DNA of 64,000 bases, from NCBI RefSeq assembly GCF_006345805.1, contig NC_043014.1, positions 930,001 through 994,000 of the forward strand. The letters run 5' to 3'. Positions 54,063 to 64,000 of this stretch are shown here, in pieces (positions within the stretch are counted from its first letter, which is position 1; each line of letters starts with the position of its first letter). The notes under the pieces were generated by a model that was given only the letters and a program-made list of their open reading frames with translations, was not told the origin of the DNA and made no database searches. The position numbers were made by a program, and so were the translations under genes. The DNA comes from Octopus sinensis. Its lineage: Eukaryota.

Positions 54063-54612
54063 CGTTCTAACGTTTCTGCCTTCAACCATACTTGTATCAA
54101 CAGATGTATGTAGATGGGGCAGGTTATTGGCTCTTGGAATCCCTCTAAATACAGTTCGTTAAGAATTTAGGGATCAATATTGTACTAACAAATGTTGCTA
54201 AGTTATTTAATGTTTTTTGTGAACATAAACCTGTAATTGTTACGAATATTGTGTAATTTTAGAAATGAGTGTAAAACCATTGTTGGCAAGCGAATACTTT
54301 TGAGGTGGAAAAACACCCCATAAACCTTCGCTGATTTTACGGATTTCTATTTACCGTGTTCTGTATAAATACTGCTGTGGAATAATGAACGAAAAAGGGC
54401 CACCTTAAGGTGAAATCCTGCGGCATTCCTTCGGACAGTAAATCCAATGTAAATTACGTTAGTGGTTCATTAAACGGGATTTCGAAATGAGTTAAATGTG
54501 ATGGTCATCATATTAACCATCACCAACATTTTTACTTTCTCTTCCCGCCCCCTCTCTCTCTATCTATCTATTTGTCTCTGGAATAGTAGAATAGAGTGCA
54601 AAATGAAAAGAA

Positions 54613-54670
<58 letters not shown>

Positions 54671-55321
54671 ATATATATAAAAGAACGTAACGGCGGACGA
54701 AATACCGCCAAGCATTTCGCCCAGCGTTCTAACGTTTCTGCCTTCAACCATACTTGTATCAACAGATGTATGTAGATGGGGCAGGTTATTGGCTCTTGGA
54801 ATCCCTCTAAATACAGTTCGTTAAGAATTTAGGGATCAATATTGTACTAACAAATGTTGCTAAGTTATTTAATGTTTTTTGTGAACATAAACCTGTAATT
54901 GTTACGAATATTGTGTAATTTTAGAAATGAGTGTAAAACCTACGTTCACTTAATACAAGAACACGCTGTTATTTGATCGAGTCATTGTTGGCAAGCGAAT
55001 ACTTTTGAGGTGGAGAAACACCCCATAAACCTTCGCTGATTTTACGGATTTCTATTTACCGTGTTCTGTATAAATACTGCTGTGGAATAATGAACGAAAA
55101 AAGGCCACCTTAAGGTGAAATCCTGCGGCATTCCTTCGGACAGTAAATCCAATGTAAATTAACGGTAGTGGTTCATTATTAAACGGGATTTCGAAATGAG
55201 TTAAATGTGATGGTCATCATATTAACCATCACCAACATTTTTACTTTCTCTTCCCGCCCCCTCTCTCTCTATCTATCTATTTGTCTCTGGAATAGTAGAA
55301 TAGAGTGCAAAATGAAAAGAA

Positions 55322-55365
<44 letters not shown>

Positions 55366-55380
55366 ATATATATAAAAGAA
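54020..55380. repeat. Tandem duplication of two units (~662 and ~699 bp)
   Basis: Units start agaacgtaacggcgg at 54020 and 54682; unit 2 has an extra 43 bp (54941-54983). Confidence 0.9.
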
Positions 55381-55586
55381 GAACAAAAGTGGATTCTAAA
55401 ATTTCCTACAGCTGTTTCGCTAGCTTGCCTGCTGTATATTACCATTCTGGTAAGTCAATGCTGTGGTATCCAGTCAGTACGGGCGTCCCACTTGTTCATG
55501 GGCTTAGATGTTAATGAATGCACTCACTCGCCCGTGTATTTAATATATGTTCATTAGTTTCTTTACAACAAGCCTCTTTGAATTTG

Positions 55587-55617
<31 letters not shown>

Positions 55618-55851
55618 TATATTATATATATATATTATATATATATATATATATTAATATATATATATATATATAGATATATATTGCCTTGACCTTCGAA
55701 ACGTGGAGTAGATCCATTTCCTTGGTTTTGTGTTTATGTTTTCGTTTCTCATTGTGTTCCACGTTTATTTGTGGTGTCCTGTACCCATATATGCATGTAT
55801 ATATACATGTAGAGGTAGGTGTATGTATATATGCATATGTTTTATTTATTA

Positions 55852-55946
<95 letters not shown>

Positions 55947-56646
55947 ATATATATATGATGTCAAATTTTCCGATTTTTGTCTTCTTTTTATTTAATCCGG
56001 AAAAATATGTGTCTATATATTGAGAGAGGATGAGGGTGAATGTGTGTATATCTATAACGAAGGAATGGTCAGTGTGTAGCAAATGGAACCATGTTGTTAT
56101 CTCTGAGCAGAGAACTTGTAGCCATGCCGATGGGGTGAGGATGGAGAGTGTGAGAGAGTGGGGTGGTGGTGGAACGGTAGGCTGGGGGAGGGGGGAAGGG
56201 ACTAATGTCAACATGAAGATGGCACAGAGGGAACATTGTTGGTCAGGTTGGAATCGGTGAAGTGGCGTCGGGGATGGTGGCGGCGGTGGTGGTGGTGGTG
56301 GTGGTGGTGGTGATGTGTCAGTAGTGATGGTAGTGGCGAGGGCGAAGGCGATGATAAACATGATAATGGTGGATAGGAGAGTGTAGGTGGCGCTGTCACA
56401 GATATACATTGTTACATTAGAGTTTCTCTTTTCCTTCTTTCCTTCCTTCTTTCTCTCACACATCACTCTCTCTCCCCCCCCTCTCCCTCTCTCTCCCATT
56501 TTTTCTCTCTCCTTCTCTCCTCCTCTCTCCCCCTCTCTCCCCTCTTTTCTCTCTCTTTCTCTCCCCCTCTCTCCTCTTTCTCTCTTCCCCTCTCTCTTTG
56601 TCACTATAATATACATGCGTGTGTGTGTATGTGTATACATGTATAT

Positions 56647-56683
<37 letters not shown>

Positions 56684-57376
56684 TGTATGTATACCAGTGT
56701 TACTCGACAGTATAATAAGTCTGCTGTTCACTTCTTCTGGTAGGAAAAACATGATCTTGTTGGAAACAAAGAGGACTTCTCTAAGTGGTCGTCAGGTCTG
56801 CTAAAAATAGCAACAAAATCATTCTCAAATCACATTGAAGAGTCTTTAGAAATAAGGAAGGACGTATTGGAGATTGAGTCTATAGTGTGTGTGTGTGTGC
56901 AATGTTTGGATAATCACGGTTGGAATGACTTTTATGTTAAATTGTTTGTTTTTTTCTTCGGAAAATGCTGGTTTGGGGCTAAGCAACAACGACAAACCGC
57001 AGCAACATTTGAAACAAGAACAAAAACAGAAACACCACCACCACCACCACCACCAGCAACAACAACAACAACAACAACAATTTCGGAAAACTTGTCGGAA
57101 GTTAGGCTGAAGGTTTTGGTGTGAATCATTAAAGAATTTCGAAAGACCAGGACAACGCAATGGACACACGGACAAAGCTTCTTACCACACAGCCACTCCT
57201 ACATACACACATACACACATACACGCACATACACGGACCCACACGCACACACGTGGTGGTGGTGGTGGTGGTGGATTACTTCCAGTTGACATTTTATTGT
57301 TATATTGTTATTGATTTCGTCTTTTGTAATCGATTAAAACATTTATCACTGCACGAGATAGAGAGAGGGGTGGGAG

Positions 57377-57417
<41 letters not shown>

Positions 57418-57652
57418 GAGAGAGAGAGAAGAGAGAGAGAAAGAAAGGAAAGGTGGAGGAGAGGAAAGGAGAGAAAAGACAATTGTTTTTGGTTGTGGAA
57501 TTTGGTTTTGGTTGAAAAGTATTTTTGTTGCTGTTGTGTGTGTGATTGTGCGTGTTCGAATGTATGTATGTGTACACGTTACTCTGTATGTGTATATATA
57601 TATATGTGTGCGTGTGTGTGTGCATATGTGTGTGTGTGTGTGTGTGTGTTAT

Positions 57653-57812
57653 GTAGGAGTGGCTGTGTGGTAAGAAGCTTGCTTCCCAATCACATGGTTC
57701 CGAGTTCAGTCCCACTGCGTCGCATCTTGGACAAGTGCCTTCTACTACAGCTTTGAGCCGACCAAAGCCTTGTGAGTGAATTTGGTAGACGGAAACTGAA
57801 AGAAGCCCGTCA
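57653..57812 (+). mobile_element. CORE-type SINE 5' half
   Basis: Head and core match the other copies. Confidence 0.75.
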
Positions 57813-57898
57813 TATATATATATATATATGCGGGTGTGTGTGTGTGTACGTATGTATCACACACACACACACACCACACACACACACATATAGATATA

Positions 57899-57941
<43 letters not shown>

Positions 57942-58609
57942 ATATATAAATGGTTCTCTCTCATCATAAATGCTTATATTTTGGATGATCCTATATCAAT
58001 TTCGTCAGTTATATTTTTAATTATTCAACCATTCGACCTCCACCCACCAATAGGAATTCATCATGTAGAATTTTAACTGAACCTTGTCACAAACAGTGAA
58101 CGCTGAAGAAGGAAATATTATTTGATGGAGCTGAATACCGACCGTTCCTACAGCTCCTTAATATTTCCTGAAACGGCCGTAGGTTTTCAACTTACCAAGG
58201 ATATAAATAAATAATGTTTCCAACTTACCAAGGATTAAATATTATCAAAGTCGACCAGCATAAATCTAAACCAGTAAATTTTAATCTATTTTTCAAAAAT
58301 ACTTTCTAATATTTTTTTTTCTAATTTTAAAACTACATTCGATATATTATAAAAATGTTATCTTCTATCTCTGAAGAGCGGAAGAATTGTTTATCAATGT
58401 GTATCAACAATGGATTCCATTATAATGACAATACTTTCGTGAAACGAACGTAAGATGCATTAATCAACAATTTTTTAAGCTGTCATGTTTCATATATATA
58501 TATATATATTATATATATGTTAATACAATGCTATTTTAGACATATATATCTTCGTGAGGAATGTTTTTGATATTGAATTTATGCTATCATTTCAAAATAC
58601 ACTATATAT

Positions 58610-58660
<51 letters not shown>

Positions 58661-59105
58661 AATAGATAATATAGATAGATATAGATAGATATACACATAT
58701 ATTAATTTATAGTGTATACAAATACACACACACACACACCCACACACACACACCCCACACACACACACACACACTTGCAAAGTTCTCTATGACGGGTACC
58801 AGCCTAGTGACATACATAACTGTGAATTCGTAAACCTTCAGAATTCTTCTCCCTTCAGATATTCCGTCTATGCTACATGTTTTTAAACCCTGCAGGTTCC
58901 CCTCGCCTATTCAGAACGGTTTCAATTCCATGCTGTACGCGGGCGTTAAACCTGCTAAAAATAGTAGTCAAATCTTCAGTATGCCACACACTCTTGTCTT
59001 TAAAATGGGTTAGTTTTAGTAATAGGTTTACCGAATCAGGCTTGACCTGGGGATGAATGACGACAGCAATAATAATAATAATAATAATAATATAATATAA
59101 TAATA

Positions 59106-59550
59106 ATATTCTGCTCAATACCACAGATTTGCTTGTCAGTTGTTTGACCTTAACCAGTTGAGCATGTCCCTCAGTGGCTGACGATATGTGCATCTCTGAT
59201 CACGAGCAGAAGTAGTGGGGGAACATCAGAGCCATGTGTTGAGAGGGATTCTTTGGGGTTTGAATAATTCACCTTTGGAAACATGGGTGTTTCGTTCAAC
59301 ATCCTTAAACAACCCTTATTCAGAGACCTTTTGAGCGGGATGGGCTACTCAACCCGAAGAAAATTCTAACTGGGCCCCACCTGTAAGGTCATGTGCTGTT
59401 TATTTTGATATGAGATCACCATGTCGCGCACATATGGTTGTGATGCATGTGCCTGGTGTGCCTTTATCACCGGGTAGTCATGATGGGTATATTGGGCTTC
59501 GTATATTTTACCCCAGTGTCACTTTGATGGCATGCACTGCTCTCTCACTC

Positions 59551-59552
<2 letters not shown>
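59106..59552 (-). repeat. Second copy of the 5785-6329 repeat, between (TAA)n runs
   Basis: Reverse complement of ~5785-6232 with scattered substitutions. Confidence 0.8.
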
Positions 59553-59594
<42 letters not shown>

Positions 59595-59901
59595 ACGTTT
59601 CTGCTATAGGCACAAGGCCTGAAACTTTGCAGGGGGGGGGGGCGATAGTCGACAACTTGGATCCCAGTACTTGACTGGTACTTAATTTATCGACCCAGAA
59701 AGGATAAAGTCGACGTCGACGGGATTTGAACTCAGAAGGTAAATATCGATGAAACGCCGCTAAACATTTTGTCCGGCGCGCTAACGACTCTGCCATCTCG
59801 ACTTGCACGACCCCCCCCCCCTCCACCACTGTGAGAGCAATTGCAACAGCAACCGCTACAAGAAGCAGCAGCAGCAGCAGCAGCAGCAGTGGTGGTAGTG
59901 T

Positions 59902-59935
<34 letters not shown>

Positions 59936-60291
59936 TTTCAGTCATTACTGTTTACATATTAGTGATTAGTGCTGTACACATCACAATATATATACATACA
60001 TCCCTCTTTATATATAAAACACACACAACACACACACATTGTACTGTACTGTATAAACTAGTGGAGAATCGCTACCAGTTGTATCCTGGGGGTTCTTTTA
60101 CTTCGTTGTCACATCTGTCCACACCCGTATTGATGTCCGGGTGGACGGCTCCCTGAACTCTCTCACTACCACCCAACATCACAGCCCTACAACGATGATG
60201 ATGATGATGATGGCAAAGTAAGGATGGCCGTCACCTAGGCATCGGACACGAAGAACTGGTAAGTCTCTCTCCCTCTCTCTTTTTCTCTTTG

Positions 60292-60389
60292 CCTGTCTGT
60301 CCATCTCTCTCTCTCTCTCTCTCTCTCTGTATCTATCTATCTATCTATCTATCTATCTGTCTGTCCATCTATCTCTCTCTCTCTCTCTG

Positions 60390-60458
<69 letters not shown>

Positions 60459-60491
60459 GTCTGTCCATCTCTCTCTCTCTCTCTCTCTCTG

Positions 60492-60552
<61 letters not shown>

Positions 60553-60583
60553 GTCTGTCCATCTCTCTCTCTCTCTCTCTCTG

Positions 60584-60644
<61 letters not shown>

Positions 60645-60675
60645 GTCTGTCCATCTCTCTCTCTCTCTCTCTCTG

Positions 60676-60712
<37 letters not shown>

Positions 60713-61121
60713 GTCTGTCCATCTATCTCTCTCTCTCTCTCTCTGTATCTATCTATCTATCTATCTATCTGTCTGTCCATCTATCTCTCTCTCTCTCTCT
60801 GTATCTATCTATCTATCTATCTATCTATCTGTCTGTCCATCTATCTCTCTCTCTCTCTCTGTATCTATCTATCTATCTATCTATCTGTCTGTCCATCTAT
60901 CTCTCTCTCTCTCTCTCTGTATCTATCTATCTATCTATCTATCTGTCTGTCCATCTATCTCTCTCTCTCTCTCTGTATCTATCTATCTATCTATCTATCT
61001 GTCTGTCCATCTATCTCTCTCTCTCTCTCTGTATCTATCTATCTATCTATCTATCTGTCTGTCCATCTATCTCTCTCTCTCTCTCTGTATCTATCTATCT
61101 TTCTATCTATCTGTCTGTCTG

Positions 61122-61160
<39 letters not shown>

Positions 61161-61180
61161 CTATCTATCTTTCTATCTGT
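60292..61180. repeat. Higher-order compound microsatellite, 13 units
   Basis: Unit ctgtccat(ct)n-gta-(tcta)n repeated 13 times. Confidence 0.9.
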
Positions 61181-62269
61181 ACGTATGTAGAGAAGAAACA
61201 ATTGTAATTCTTTCTTTCTTTCTTTCTTTTCTCTCTCTTCTCTCTCCACTCCCTTTATCTCCCGCCCCACCCACCACCACCAACCTCCCATATTTTATGC
61301 ACACACACACACACACACACACATGTGTGAATGACACAAACGCACCCATGCAAAACACAAAGATGCACACACCCACACACATTACACGTTTGTAGCACTA
61401 AAAAAAAGGACAGCGCTTAACACACACGCACGCACACACACACACACACACGCACGCACGCACACACACGCACGCACACACACACACGCACGCACACACA
61501 CACACACACGCTCACTCACTTTCGCACGAGCGTTTTCATTCGCACTCTCTCTCTCTCTCTCTCACCCTCTCTTCCTCCCTCTCTCACTCAATCGCTGTCG
61601 CGCCCCCCCCTCCCTCCCCCTCCCTGCTCCCCCAATGTATTCTTGCATGTGAAAGTGCGTCTGCACCTTCTCACACATTCCTTTGCATCCCCTTCCCCAC
61701 ACACATGCACACTCACACATTGTCACACACTCTCCCTCTCTCTCTCTCTCTCTCTGGCACATACACTTTCTCCCACCCACCCCCTTCACATTCTCTCTTC
61801 TTCACCCCTCACAGTGTACCTTTCACACACACACACACACACACACATTCTATTCCTTTCTCTCTCCCCCTCTCCCCCTCCTCTCTCAAGGACATGAAGA
61901 ATATGGTAAAATATGGTAAACGTTGGCGGCGGAAGAGGAGAGAGAAGAGGAGAGAGGAGAGGAGAGAGGAGAGGAGAGAGAGAGAGAATGTCTCCGGTGT
62001 GAAGGGGAGGGGGAGTGGAGAAAAGGCGTTACGCAAAATAGAATACGACGAATGGAAATAAAAAAAAGAAATATTTACCACAAAAATTACACAGAAATAA
62101 ATAAACCAAAGAATAATCAAAACAAGGCATTTCTATGAACTTGAAACGTCTTGTTGCGTTGATCAAGGTAAGCCCTACAGCACTACCCTCTCGGGGTGGT
62201 TCACGGCTGGAGATTCTAAAGTCATTTGTGGCGAGTTCTTGTATTGGGCAAGTGTCCCCTGAATCGTTG

Positions 62270-62301
<32 letters not shown>

Positions 62302-62380
62302 GTCCCGGGTTGAGTCGGGGTTAACCACAGTAAATAAGGTACTCAATACATAGCAAAGTAAATTAATTTATTTTATAGAA

Positions 62381-62434
62381 GGAGCTTCTACAGGACTAGA
62401 ACTGTTTCATTCAAATGAAATCATCAGGAAGCTC
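62381..62434 (-). ncRNA. Candidate type I hammerhead ribozyme, family B (minus copy)
   Basis: Exact inverted copy of the plus-strand fold; 7-bp stem I. Confidence 0.75.
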
Positions 62435-62435
62435 A

Positions 62436-62490
62436 GGAGCTTCCTGATGATTTCATTTGAATGAAACAGTTCTAGTCCTGTAGAAGCTCC
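62436..62490 (+). ncRNA. Candidate type I hammerhead ribozyme, family B (plus copy)
   Basis: ggagcuuc-CUGAUGA-uuucauuugaau-GAA-acag uucuaguc cugu-A-gaagcucc; perfect 8-bp stem I, 4-bp stem III, GUA site. Confidence 0.8.
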
Positions 62491-62496
62491 TTGTAT

Positions 62497-62545
<49 letters not shown>

Positions 62546-62980
62546 TACAACTAATTTGAATTCCTTATATTCCCTTACCCTAATCCCTATAACTAAAGAA
62601 ATTTCTAACAGCAGTCAGTTACAAGCAGAGTTTTGGTCAGTTAGTATCTGGACTACACGACCTCATGTTCCTAAGATTCATATCTACATCTTTATCTGTG
62701 TATTTACCTTCCCTAAGATGTTATTAATTGATTTGAAAACTTTTATATTATTGGAAAACCTATATAATTTAGCTGAAGAGTACTCAGCTTCTCAAATCTG
62801 CTGTAATACTTACAGCTTTCAATAAAATGTTGTAGTATGAAACAATTGTACTAAATTACCGGATTCATTCTTGTTGCTTATTTTTGATTATAATCACCCC
62901 GCATATTTTTATGGGTAACACCATACAAAATTCTGGTGTATCTAAATTAAGTACCATATTCATTTGAATCTAAATTGTTG

Positions 62981-63047
<67 letters not shown>

Positions 63048-63569
63048 TATATAAACCCAAACCCCTTAAATATAAGAAAATATGTCAGAAAGTCTGAGAT
63101 TCGAACTGTTCTTCTGTTGTTTTAAGGCTCTTTTAAACTGTGATCCCATTTCCTTCTCGATCTTTCGTCTAGATATTCCTTGTATATATTATAGAAGCAT
63201 TTTATTAGAATTATTCTTGTGAATTGTCGTGAATTTCATTTTATTCCGGTCAAGGGCTGGTTCCAGCTCTCGGGTCTTTGGTTCTGTTTCAAAAGATCTG
63301 GTTTCTTCTTCAACTGAATTTCCTTTTCGCAGCCAGTGGAACTCCTCGCATTTTTAAGTTGACCAGAATCAACAGCTTTCTCGATGATATTATGGTTAGC
63401 AGTCATGATGTTATCTTTGAAATAGGACGGACACCATTGCCAACACAAATCCCATCAAACTATTTCTTTTTTTTTGTAGATATTTTAATCTCCTGTAACA
63501 TAGCAATTGCATTACTTGTGATCTCCAGACCAGCAGTGAAACCATCAAAAATTCTTTCTTACTTTCTCT

Positions 63570-63660
<91 letters not shown>

Positions 63661-64000
63661 ACACACACCACACACACACACACACATACACACATACATA
63701 CACACACAAGGGCCTGAGCATTCTGGGGTATGTCGTTCTCTTCAAGGATATCTTTATGACCACTGAAAATACAAGTACCATTGTTTATTTTATTATTCCA
63801 TCGAACGGGGTTCTAATTCGTCTTAATCCCCAGCAACGGCATTGTCAAATATTTCGTTATGAGCAACCATTCCCAGTTTGCTGTTATAGACTTGACTGCT
63901 ACCGTTTGAACTCTTCAGATCTCGTTTAGTCAGATAAGAGGCTTGCTTCCAGTTCTTATGTGAATCCTGAGTAAAAATGAGTTGAATATAACATGGCCGT

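Noticed and set aside
60060-60264. Orphan strong splice donor (CTG/GTAAGT at 60259) after a GC-richer stretch
   Set aside because: All frames contain stops and there are no partner exons; a non-coding exon cannot be excluded without RNA data.
63236-63448. 70-aa minus-strand ORF and other short ORFs at 30573-30926, 40558-40743 and 50474-50668
   Set aside because: No recognisable domain or consistent splice signals.

Overview
AT-rich, microsatellite-dense eukaryotic DNA. The SINE families and simple-repeat load look like an octopus (coleoid cephalopod) genome; this is inferred, not database-checked. The only protein-coding gene I can support is mitochondrial aspartate aminotransferase (GOT2), + strand, with ten GT-AG coding exons between 3405 and 17714 (1204 coding nt, PLP-lysine motif [12 protein letters not shown], stop TAA). 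The transit-peptide exon was not found and probably lies upstream of the window. The remaining ~46 kb has no recognisable host gene. It holds several SINE families, decayed LINE fragments (RTE-like, R4/Dong-like), a hAT MITE, two Helitron-like elements, a fold-back DD41D Tc1/mariner derivative, a tandem duplication, large simple repeats and a 100-N gap. The most notable signal is a set of short elements, mostly embedded in (TA)n, that carry type I hammerhead ribozyme motifs from several sequence families (28.5, 28.8, 33.7, 35.4, 39.1, 47.4, 48.5, 49.2, 62.4 kb). Two of them (28480-28635 and 62371-62500) are near-perfect inverted duplications that place a hammerhead fold on each strand. All folds were done by eye and none is experimentally or computationally verified.
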